From Octopus vulgaris (Eukaryota): a DNA stretch of 64,000 nucleotides. Below, piece after piece: positions 26,526 to 37,068 of this stretch (position 1 is the stretch's first letter; every line of letters begins with the position of its first letter). The translations under genes were made by a program, and so were the position numbers. The DNA is taken from assembly GCA_951406725.2 (NCBI GenBank), contig OX597817.1, positions 159,464,001-159,528,000 of the forward strand, read 5' to 3'. Below the pieces are notes generated by a model, which made no database searches, was not told where the DNA came from, and saw only the letters and a program-made list of their open reading frames with translations.

Positions 26526-26889
26526 TGGCTATGTGGTAAGTAGCTTGCTTACCAACCACATGGTTCCAGGTTCAGTCCCACTGCATAGCACCTTGGGCAA
26601 GTGTTTTCTACTATAGCCTCAGGCCGACCAAAGTCTTCTGAGTGGATTTGATAGAGGGAAACTGAAAGAAGCCTGTCATATATATGTGTGTATGTTTGTG
26701 TTTGTCACCCCAACATCGCTTGACAACTGATGCTGGTGTTTACGTCCCCATAACTTAGTGGTTTGGCAAAAGAGACCGATAGAATAAGTACTAGGCTTAC
26801 AAAGAAAAAGTCCTGGGGTCAATTTGCTCGACTAAAGGTGGTGCTCCAGCATGGTCACAGTCAAATGACTGAAACAAGTAAAAGAGTAA
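26526..26889 (+). mobile_element. tRNA-derived SINE
   Basis: tggctatgtggtaagtagcttgcttaccaaccacatggttccaggttcagtccc ... gactgaaacaagtaaaagagtaa. Confidence 0.85.
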
Positions 26890-28417
26890 GGGAAAAATCT
26901 ATGAAAGACAGGAGATTTGACATCAAGCAATAGACCTGAAAACCACTAGACTTTGTAACAAAGACTACTAAGTAGATGGATTCTTGGAGAAAAATCATAT
27001 TACTTGGAAGGGACAGGGAAGATTGTATTGCTGCAGAAACAACATTGTAAAATTTAGCAGTTTTTTTTCTTCCCCTGTGACCTATTTTATCAAGCCATCC
27101 CTTTTGTGGATTTCCTTATCTTTTCACTCCTGTCATTGGTTACCATTCCATGATGATTTTTAACCAACAATTAATCTACTGTTCTAAATGATGTGGCTGC
27201 TCACGTCCCATTTTCTTTTATTTACAGCAATAAAAATACCAGTCAATATGCCAACCCAAAAAGATTTTCCTTTTGGGATAGACTGAGAGGTTTGACTTTG
27301 TAACTCTGCTGTACTTGTTCTGGCAATAATCTCTTCTCTTCATGTCTTTTTCTGTTATTGCTCACTTCGCACTTATTCTTTTATATAAGTTATTTTCTAC
27401 TAATTCTATTACTTCTTTTTTTCATTATTTGTATCTTCAGTCTGGAAGTCTTCCTTGCATTACACAATTCTCTTTCTCAGCATTTTCTGTCTCTTCTTGA
27501 CTATCTTGTTATCTATATAATGTCTTCAGTAAATCTGAGATAATGTACATTGTTTCTGCTGATATTTCTTGAATCTTCTATCCTGGTAGTATGAATATGA
27601 TTTCCAGTCATATTGTGAAATGCGTAGATGGTATGGTGTCTTCTGTATTGTCCAGTAATATTTGCACTATTCATGCAGATTATCCTCCACCAGGCAGAGG
27701 TATTTCCTTTTTTTTTTTGTTATGCATAGATGGGATCTTGAGAAATTAAACAAGAAATAGCTTACAAACTACAGAATTTTCTAAAGAACACCAAGAGAAA
27801 AATATGTTTTATGTAACACATTCTACCAGTATACGAAGTTTAAAAGTGTTTAGTTACAAAGAAATTATTTTTAAAATCTGCCGGTCAAAGTGAAAAGATC
27901 CCATAGATCTTCCAACAAATTCTGCACAATGATAGATTTTTAACCTCTGATAATCTTTGATCAGATGATTGACATTATGTACGTGGTTCTTAATGGTGAC
28001 ATCTAAAACATATATGTCAATAATTGTCCCTTGCCTACCAGCAGAAACCAGTGTCCCTTTACCAATTGACTCTTTAAATTTTGAAATTATTCCCCCTGCC
28101 TTTTTGCATGTTACTAACAAATATCATTAGCCTTATTTCCTTTTGTAAGCTTAGAAAAACATCAATAAATTAAGTATTTCATACACAACTCAGCATATTG
28201 CACTTGACTACTACTTTTGAGTTATTTCCCCACTTAGCTCTTTAATTTAATTATACAAATTTTCCTTATAGAAAAAAATTATGTACATTTCTTTGCTATG
28301 TAAAAACTACTAAAGAGCAGGTTCAACTAGTTAGGTTTCAGTTTGTTTGACCTCACCAGCCTTGTACTATGTCCATATTTTCTCTTGCCCACAAAGATCA
28401 GACAGCCCTTTCCTTAA

Positions 28418-28634
28418 CCCTTTAGCATTTAAACCAGCCATATCTGGCCAGAAGTATTCTGCCTATTTTATGTTCAAACTGGCCAGATCTTGTCTCTCAC
28501 ACCTACCCTACAATATCGTTTTAAAAATTAACAGCTACCTCATCATAATCTCATAACTACAAGATAATGCATGATTAGTTCAAAGCAATGTGGATAAAAA
28601 AGGATTTTGGCAGAATAATGCGAACACTAAAGGG
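28418..28634. mobile_element. Family A TTAA MITE
   Basis: TTAA|ccctttagcattt ... gaacactaaaggg|TTAA, 217 bp. Confidence 0.85.
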
Positions 28635-29056
28635 TTAAAGCATGAAGATAAACTTAAATACTTAATTTTGGTCAATTATTTCCCCTTCTCTTTGAGCATA
28701 CTAACACCTACCACTGGATTGCAAACAATTATCAATTCATAACAAAATTTCGGTAAATTAAGAATTTATTGCCTACAACATCTAGTAATGCACATGGATA
28801 TGATAAGTATATGTATACATCTTCTGTATATATGTCTGTATTTGCCTACACTCGTGAGCACACATGCAGATGTGTGTGCATCAATGTGCATATAGTACAT
28901 GCATCTGAATATTTCTTCTTGATGCCTAATTCCTTGAGAGTTACCTCCCCTCCCACAACTTGGAGGTCCCCAAACATGAACACCCAGGCTGACAAATGAC
29001 AAAGAATGCTACCTTATAACAACCATTAGTTTTGTATAGATTTGTATACTCCAATA

Positions 29057-29440
29057 GTGGAGGCGCAATGGCCCAGTGGTTAGGGCAGCGGACTCGCGGT
29101 CATAGGATTGCGGTTTCGATTCCCAGACCGAGCGTTTTGAGTGTTTATTGAGCGAAAACACCTAAAGCTTCATGAGGCTCTGGCAGGGGATGGTGGTGAT
29201 CCCTGCTGTACTCTTTCACCACAACTTTCTCTCACTCTTACTTCCTGTTTCTGTTGTACCTGTATTTCAAAGGGCCGGCCTTGTCACTCTCTGTGTCATG
29301 CTGAATATCCCCGAGAACTACGTTAAGGGTACACGTGTCTGTGGAGTGCTCAGCCACTTACACGTTAATTTCACGAGCAGGCTGTTCTGTTGATTCGGAT
29401 CAACCGGAACCCTCGTCGTCGTAACCGACGGAGTGCTTCC
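29057..29440 (+). mobile_element. Young tRNA-derived SINE (third family) with 11-bp TSD
   Basis: tRNA-like head with A box tggcccagtgg and B box ggtttcgattcc. TSD atactccaata at 29046-29056 and 29441-29451. Confidence 0.9.
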
Positions 29441-29805
29441 ATACTCCAATAATACTGGCTACATGATGAAGCCGAGTTTCAGTTGACTGCGTTAAATCAT
29501 ACACACAAGCATAGACATAAACGACCTAAACCCCATACTACACAAATTAGAACTGCGACTGGGGTAAGGTTACTGGACACACAGACATGTGACATAGTAG
29601 TGGATTGGTACAGTAGCTGGAGCCATAACAGTGAAGAGACAGGTCTGGAAAGATTAGAGGGAACAATAAATAATATCAGAAGTGAAGCTGTTAGGTATAT
29701 GAAACATAGAAAGAAGCTGAAGGTAAGCAATATTCTTTAGTGGCAAGATCAGACGTACTTATGATTGCAAAGCTGTGTGTCAACATGATCACGAGTAGCT
29801 CACTT

Positions 29806-30173
29806 GGAAGCACTCCCGTCGGTTACGACGACGAGGGTTCCGGTTGGAACAGCCTGCTCGTGAAATTAACGTGTAAGTGGCTGAGCACTCCACAGACACG
29901 TGTACCCTTAACGTAGTTCTCGGAGATATTCAGCGTGACACAGAGAGTGACATGGCCGGCCCTTTGAAATACAGGTACAACAGAAACAGGAAGTAAGAGT
30001 GAGAGAAAGTTGTGGTGAAAGAGTACAGCAGGGATCACCACCATCCCCTGCCGGAGCCTCGTGGAGCTTTAGGTGTTTTCGCTCAATAAACACAACGCCT
30101 GGTCTGGGAATCGAAACCGCGATCCTATGACCGTGAGTCCGTTGCCCTAACCTCTGGGCCATTGCGCCTCCAC
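29806..30173 (-). mobile_element. Young tRNA-derived SINE (same family as 29057-29440) with 12-bp TSD
   Basis: Reverse-complement copy. TSD agtagctcactt at 29794-29805 and 30174-30185. Confidence 0.9.
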
Positions 30174-30315
30174 AGTAGCTCACTTATCCTCACTAACACA
30201 AGAAAATGCTTGGAAATAGTATTATGAGAGGTTCCTGAAAGTGGAGAATGCATGGGAGAAAGGAACTACACCAAGGGACAATTCCTAATAAATGCATACT
30301 TGAAAACATGATTAA

Positions 30316-30493
30316 TCCTTTAACATTCAAACTGGCCATATCCAGCCCCTCACATTTAACCTACAATGTCATTCTAAAATTGAACAATCACATTATCAAA
30401 ATCTTGAAACCTTGAGATAATGCTTGATTAATTCAAAACAACATGAATAAATATAAGCATTACATTTGACAAGGTAATCTGAATGCTAAAGGG
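30316..30493. mobile_element. Family A MITE, internally deleted
   Basis: ttaa-tcctttaacattcaaactggccatatc ... aatctgaatgctaaaggg. Confidence 0.7.
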
Positions 30494-31364
30494 TTGAAGA
30501 TATGATGGCCTGACAAGCAGCTGGACATCAGAAATAATTACTGAGATGGTGAAAATATCTGAAGTAGAGGACAACTAAGTCACCTGCATAAGCAACAAGG
30601 ACGTACTAGCATAGCAGTGTCATCATTAACACATGACAAGTACAAAGGCACTGCTCTAGAAAGCAGTTACTACAGAATCATCAAGCTAATGGACCAAGGA
30701 AGGAACAGAAAAAGTTGTCTTGGTACTCATTCCCACCTGTTTATTATAGTTCTCTAGGGCATAAAAGAAGAGTAGAAAATCAGATAATGTAAGCTCATTT
30801 CCAAGTTATCATGGCTGAATTTGTCTCGGACACAGAGAAGAAATACCCAACATGGAAATAAAACTTAGGTTTGAGAGGTCCAATAGTAAACCTAAGAAAA
30901 ACATTTTAAGTTTGTGTCCAGTTGTACACCAATCTTTGGTAAAAGTGAGAGCTAGGAAGCGACCCAGTTCATCAACATTAACGTTGTTGGACATCACATT
31001 ACTATCACAAAACTCCACACATTTTCTCTGAAGCAAAAGTCTATCTTGTGGATGGATGTAGCAATATTAAATCCATGCTACTTATGACATAATGAGAGCA
31101 CGTGTGTGGATGTATTCGTAGATCCTGTTGAGTAAATTAATTTGAGAGGAAGAGAGACAGAATTCTATAGCCATGTCAGAAAGACATGCCCAATAATCAA
31201 GAAAACAGTAGGTAAGAATTCTGTTCATGCACACAAGTAAACCATCGGTGCACAGGAGTGAAATGACAGGATAAAGACATCCCTTCCTATGTGAGTAATC
31301 AACAACAATAGTTAGCAGTCGGAGCATCCACAAAGTTCTTGTAAAGTTTTAGAAGGTGCCAAAG

Positions 31365-31945
31365 ATGTTACTTGGGTAACCTTGTTAATAGTGAAGGTAG
31401 GTGTTCTGAAATCTCGGTAGCAACAGTAAGAATAGGATGGGAAAAGTTTAGGGAGTTATTAGCTGTTGACTGCAAAGGGATTCTCTCACCAAGACTATAT
31501 TGTCTGACATTTGTCTATGAAGTGATGTTGCATGGTAATAAGACACTTAATGTGGAAAGGAGACACAAAACCTGGAAATAAATGTAGCAAGCATGCTCCA
31601 CATGATACGTAAGTGTAGCAAGCATGCTCCACATGATACGTGAGTGTGCATGAACTATAGAGCACAAATGAAGTAAGAGAAAAAATGGTGTAAGAGGAAT
31701 CAAATAAGGTATACAAGAGAGATGGTTGCACTGGTATAGATATATGAGGCACACAGATGATGAAATCTGGGCAAATAGTACAGGTGGAAGGTATGAAGAC
31801 ATTGACAAGTGATTAAAGCTGATCTTAGGATGCAGAATTTCATGGAGATGGTAAGTGACCATGTTAAGTGGCAAGATATTGTGCTGGAGGGGAGACCCGT
31901 TTAACTCATATGGGCATAGAAAACCAGATATAAAGGTGATAATGT
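31365..31945 (+). mobile_element. Old, decayed RTE LINE 3' region containing a 31-bp tandem duplication (31583-31644)
   Basis: LGNLVNSEGRCSEISVATVRIGWEKFRELL resembles the RTE post-RT segment. Downstream remnants match the RRLRWYGH motif, and the region ends in a degenerate (tga)n-type tail. Confidence 0.6.
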
Positions 31946-32056
31946 TATTAAAGGTTCATGAAAATCTAAAGAAATATTCTTAAGCTAACAAAAAATGTCT
32001 ATTTTAATTAGCTTAATTAGAGAAAATAAAGTCATATAAGAATGTAAATAGAAAAA

Positions 32057-32950
32057 CATGGGCCATGACTGCTGAGGACATGCGTAAGCTTGCAATGAAT
32101 GAAGCCAGTATGCTCTGATGGGTGTGTAATGTCAGTGTGCATATTGGACAGATTGTAAGTACCTTGAGAGAAAAGCTGGACCTAAGAAGCATCAGATGTG
32201 GTGTGCAAGAGAGACGACTGCGCCGGTATGGCCATGTGGCGAGAATGGATGAGGATAGCTGTGTGAAAAAGTGCCACACCCTAGCGGTTGAGGGAACCTG
32301 TGGAAGAGGTAGACCCAGGAAGACCTGGGATGAGGTAGTGAAGCACAACCTTTGATCAGTAGGCCTCACCGAGGCAATGACTAGTGACCAAGACCTTTGG
32401 AAATATGCAGTGCCTGAGAAGACCTGGCAAGCCAAGTGAGACCATAACCCGTGGCCTATGCCAGGGGTGTAACCAGCCCACTTATACGTATCTTTCCTTC
32501 ATTGGGCACTAAACTCTGCTTGCGAAGACCTGTTGAGGCAATCGAAATCAAATCAAATTCACAAATTTGATGACTGGCACGTAAAAAGCACCATTCAAAC
32601 ATGATCATTACCAGCATTGCCTTACTGGCACTTGTGCCGGTGCATGTGAAAAACATTCGAGTGAGGTGACTGCCAGTGCCACTGGACTGGCTCCTGCACA
32701 GGTGGCACGTAAAAAACATCACTTGAGCATGGCTGTTGCCAGTACCGCCTGACTGGCCCTCGTGCCGGTGGCACATAAAAGCACCTACTACACTCTCGGA
32801 GTGGTTGGCGTTAGGAAGGGCATCCAGCTATAGAAACTTTGCCAGATCAGATTGGAGCCTGGTGCAGCCATCTGGTTCGCCAGTCCTCAGTCTAATCGTT
32901 CAACCCATGCTAGCATGGAAAGTGGACGTTAAACAATGATGATGATGATG
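32057..32950 (+). mobile_element. 5'-truncated RTE-clade LINE (ORF C-terminus, 3'UTR and (TGA)n tail)
   Basis: Peptide ...LREKLDLRSIRCGVQERRLRRYGHVARMDEDSCVKKC...GRGRPRKTWDEVV carries the RTE C-terminal signature. It ends ggacgttaaacaatgatgatgatgatg. Confidence 0.88.
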
Positions 32951-33052
32951 AAAAGAAAAAACCCAACTCTTCAAGCTGCAAATAATTGGAATATTCACTG
33001 AATTGATAAAATTGCTTAATTTACAGGTGAAAGAAAGTTAAATATTCAAAGT

Positions 33053-33630
33053 TAGTGGGTCTCAACCACTTTTTATCTATGGATCCTTTTGATTACTCTT
33101 TTACTCTGGTGGGCATCTCTGCCTCACCCCCACAAGCCATTTGATGTTTAAAAACAAGTTTAATAGATACTTCTTTCAAAATTCCTATTTTGTGTATCAC
33201 ACATTAACCCTTTAGTGTTCGCATTATTCTGCCAAAACTAATGCTTTTTTGTCCTCATTGTTTTGAACTAATCATGCATTATCTTGTAGTTATGAGATTT
33301 TGATGAGGTAGCTGTTAATTTTTAAAATGATATTGTAAGGTTGGTGTGAGAGACCAGATCTGGCCAGTTTGACCATAAAACAGGCAGAATACTTTTGGCC
33401 GGATAAGGCCGGTTTAAATGCTAAAGGGTTAACTTGCATAGACTGAACTATGTAAATGGTCAGAGAAAGAAACCTAGTTGTTTCTTGCAATAAATATTCA
33501 TATAAATAAAGCAAAATTTGTTCCTGAACCCATAAAATACTACTGTGAATCCAATTTACTATTTTGCTTATGTGGACCCACTAAATCTTATATACAAGGG
33601 GGTCACATGGAGCCAAGTTGAGAATCAGTG
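33053..33630. mobile_element. hAT-like non-autonomous element, interrupted by a family A MITE
   Basis: Degenerate TIRs tagtgggtctcaac ... gttgagaatcagtg resemble the CAGTGGTTCTCAA ends of hAT/Charlie elements. No clear 8-bp TSD. Confidence 0.55.
33208..33428. mobile_element. Family A TTAA MITE
   Basis: TTAA|ccctttagtgttc ... aaatgctaaaggg|TTAA, 221 bp, opposite orientation to and closely similar to 28418-28634. Confidence 0.87.
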
Positions 33631-34463
33631 TTCTAAGTGAAAGACTACCTAATTCATAAAAAGTGTTTAAAAAAAATGAATTTATATTTACCAGGTGTAT
33701 TAGTTATGTAACAATCCAAAGGAACCAGCCATTGGAGATGATTTTGCTTATGTGGACCCACTAAATCTTATATACAAGAGCGTCACATGGAGCCAAGTTG
33801 AGAATCAGTGTTCTAAGTGAAAGACTACCTAATTCATAAAAAGTGTTTAAGAAAAATGAATTTATATTTACCAGGTGTATTAGTTATGTAACAATCCAAA
33901 GGAACCAGCCATTGGAGATGATTTTGCTTATGTGGACCCACTAAATCCTATATACAAGAGCGTCACATGGAGCCAAGTTGAGAATCAGTGTTCTAAGTGA
34001 AAGACTACCTAATTCATAAAAAGTGTTTAAGAAAAATGAATTTATATTTACCAGGTGTATTAGTTATGTAACAATCCAAAGGAACCAGCCATTGGAGATG
34101 ATTTTGCTTATGTGGACCCACTAAATCTTATATACAAGAGCGTCACATGGAGCCAAGTTGAGAATCAGTGTTCTAAGTGAAAGACTACCTAATTCATAAA
34201 AAGTGTTTAAGAAAAATGAATTTATATTTACCAGGTGTATTAGTTATGTAACAATCCAAAGGAACCAGCCATTGGAGATGATTTTGCTTATGTGGACCCA
34301 CTAAATCTTATATACAAGAGCGTCACATGGAGCCAAGTTGAGAATCAGTGTTCTAAGTGAAAGACTACCTAATTCATAAAAAGTGTTTAAGAAAAATGAA
34401 TTTATATTTACCAGGTGTATTAGTTATGTAACAATCCAAAGGAACCAGCCATTGGAGATGATT
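33561..34463. repeat. Tandem array, 5 x 180 bp
   Basis: The unit start attttgcttatgtggaccca recurs at 33561, 33741, 33921, 34101 and 34281. Units differ by only a few bases. Confidence 0.97.
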
Positions 34464-35046
34464 GAGAAATATCCAACATGAGCTGTGGACCATTTTCAGC
34501 TAAAAGACAAAAGAGAGAGAAAGTGTAAAAAGAAAATTTAGAAATATTACAAACTGTGATGATAAAATTAGTAAAACATTAATGAAATAATCAAGTCAAA
34601 TTTGGGATAATTAGTTTAGGACTGAAAAAAAAAAAAACAACATTTTAATGAGTTTATGGGTATGCTGGTATTTTGAAAATCTCATGGAGTGATGACCATG
34701 CTCTGCATAGTCACATGTTACCCTTTGGCAAGGCATGGCACCCATTGAGCCACCCTGCCAGGGATATGGCAAAGTTATGGGACTGCAACATGAGAGATTG
34801 TAAAGAGACAGCAGAAGAGTTAAACTGAGCTCCCAATTCAAATTCATATTAATGAATTGAATAGGATGACAATATAGAATCACATATAGAAGCCATGCAA
34901 GCAATGCAGCCAGAAGATGAATTTGTGTAGTTTCCCTCGTCAGCTCCAATCCTGCAAAACTTTAATGAAATGTATGTAGCCTGTCCATAATCACATCAAT
35001 CTGCTTTCCATACTCAGTGTAAAAAAAAAAAAAAAGAACCACGCAA

Positions 35047-35445
35047 GAGTGGCTGTGTGGTAAGTAGCTTGCTAACCAACCACATGGTTCCGGGTTCAGT
35101 CCCACTGCGTGGCATCTTGGGCAAGTATCTTCTGCTATAGCCCTGGGCTGACCAATGCCTTGTGAGTGGATTTGGTAGACGGAAACTGAAAGAAGCCTGT
35201 TGTATATATGTACATATGTATATATATGTATGTGTGTGTGTGTTTGTGTGTGTGTTTGTCCCCCTAGCATTGCTTTACAACTGATGCTGGTGTGTTTACG
35301 TCCCTGTCACTTAGCGGTTCGGCAAAAGAGACCGATAGAATAAGTACTGGGCTTACAAAGAATAAGTCCCGGGGTCAATTTGCTCGACTAAAGGCGGTGC
35401 TCCAGCATGGCCGCAGTCAAATGACTGAAACAAGTAAAAGAGTAA
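35047..35445 (+). mobile_element. tRNA-derived SINE, full length
   Basis: gagtggctgtgtggtaagtagcttgctaaccaaccacatggttccgggttcagtccc ... (TA/TG)n ... gactgaaacaagtaaaagagtaa. Many homologous copies occur in the window. Confidence 0.88.
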
Positions 35446-35496
35446 TTACCAAATGTGCTGATATGTAGTCCATTGTATGTAATTCAACTATGTAAT

Positions 35497-36102
35497 ATGG
35501 TTTATTTCTATTTCTTTTATTCCAGTTTACATGAATATAAATTACATGAACTCCCTCATGCCACAACTATCTAGGAGAGCACTAACTCTGAATGAAATAG
35601 GACATAGAGTAGTAGAGACTCATTAGTGCTGCAGCAAGACAACATTCCTAGTGTTCCTGACATAAGAATCTATGCTGTAAAGTGGTTGGTGTAAAGCTTT
35701 GGGCTGCGTTCCCAAGCAACCCAACTCTCGGGCCGATGAACACCGCCGATCGCCGCCGGCTCCGAATGGGCCTGGCACCCGCTCTGGGCAGCCCCGATCG
35801 AGGGGACTCCGAACCTAGCCGGGCGAAACGATCGACCGTGTACGACCCTTGCGCCACAGCTCTCGACGACCGGCGCTGGGCTTCTCCCGGTTCACTCGCC
35901 GTTACATGGTTTATTTCTATTTCTTTTATTCCACAGTTTACATGAATATAAATTACATGAACTCCCTCATGCCACAACTATCTAGGAGAGCACTAACTCT
36001 GAATGAAATAGGACATAGAGTAGTAGAGACTCATTAGTGCTGCAGCAAGACAACATTCCTAGTGTTCCTGACATAAGAATCTATGCTGTAAAGTGGTTGG
36101 TG
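35497..36102. repeat. ~197-bp direct duplication (35497-35691 and 35906-36102) flanking a 214-bp GC-rich insert
   Basis: atggtttatttctatttc ... gctgtaaagtggttggtg occurs twice, and the first copy lacks 2 bp. Confidence 0.95.
35696..35905 (-). pseudogene. 28S: 28S rRNA fragment (5' / D1 region)
   Basis: Minus strand reads GTAACGGCGAGTGAACCGGGAGAAGCCCAGCGCC ... GAGTTGGGTTGCTTGGGAACGCAGCCCAAAGC. Both ends match the conserved eukaryotic LSU blocks flanking D1 (AGTAACGGCGAGTGAA..GAGCCCAGCGCCG and GAGTCGGGTTGCTTGGGAATGCAGCCCAAAGC). Confidence 0.92.
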
Positions 36103-36339
36103 ATATAGAGAGCATCCATCAGGTTGAATGCATATTTGAGCGCATGTATGTAACAGGTGGTTTTGTACTGAGCCCAACAAGTGGTAAGATACTGAGACAA
36201 CCCACCCAACACATATCAGCAGGGAAAAGGGATTGAGCAATAGACATTTTCTTTATTTCTTTGGTTTATTTTGATACAAACATAAGTAACTAACTTTACA
36301 GGATAAATAACAAATTGTTTATTAATTAGTAATTTGAGC

Positions 36340-36556
36340 GTAGCTGTTGTCAGTACCGCCTAACTGGCCCTCATGCCGGTGGCACATAAAAGCACCCACT
36401 ACACTCTCAGAGTGGTTGGCATTAGAAAGGGCATCCAGCTGTAGAAACTCTGCCAGATCAAGATTGGAGCCTGGTGCAGACATCTGGTTTGCCAGTCCTC
36501 AGTCAAACCGTCCAACCCATGCTAACATGGAAAGCGGACGTTAAATGATGATGATG
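36340..36556 (+). mobile_element. RTE 3'UTR fragment
   Basis: Matches 32730-32950 and ends gcggacgttaaatgatgatgatg. Confidence 0.85.
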
Positions 36557-36737
36557 AAAGAAAGCCAGGAAAATAAATTAGAATGTAACTCATGTTTAGA
36601 TAAAGTTATATTAGAGATCCCTCAGTAATACTATGCACATTGAGAGTAATCAAAGATATCCAGAACACTAATCTTCATAAAATAGAAATATAGTTCTGAC
36701 CAGAATGTGGGCCCATTAAAAATGGTCCTGCTGCTTA

Positions 36738-36947
36738 ACTCTTGTATTGAGATTACTGTCAAATTTAATGCTTACTTATGCATATTGCTTCGAATTAATC
36801 ATGCATTATCAAGATTTTGATGATGTAGTATTGTTTCTCTTCAGAATGACATCATAGAGTAGATGTGAGAGGCTGGATCTGGCCAGTTTGAATACAAAAC
36901 AAGTGAAATGTTTTGTGTCAGATATGGCCAGTTCAAATGCTAAAGGT
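36738..36947. mobile_element. Family A MITE (degenerate)
   Basis: ttaa-ctcttgtattgagattactgtcaaa ... cagttcaaatgctaaagg-ttaa. Confidence 0.7.
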
Positions 36948-37034
36948 TAAACACTTTCAGCATATAGTGATAAAGAAGCTGATACTTAAAAACTATGAAA
37001 TGCATGGAAATAAAGACAAAATATACATGCCCGT

Positions 37035-37068
<34 letters not shown>

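Noticed and set aside
29057-29130. tRNA-like sequence with A and B boxes
   Set aside because: It is the head of a 384-bp TSD-flanked SINE with no complete cloverleaf, not a tRNA gene.
33561-34463. Regular repeat superficially like a CRISPR array
   Set aside because: Whole 180-bp units are near-identical with no unique spacers, there are no cas genes, and the context is eukaryotic.
35696-35905. Functional rRNA gene or rDNA unit
   Set aside because: Only about 210 bp is present, with no 5.8S, ITS2 or downstream 28S sequence.
35648-35977. GC-rich ORFs (109 aa and 87 aa) and their mirrors at 53862-54252
   Set aside because: They are incidental frames across the 28S rRNA fragment, and a 1-bp indel between the arms changes them.
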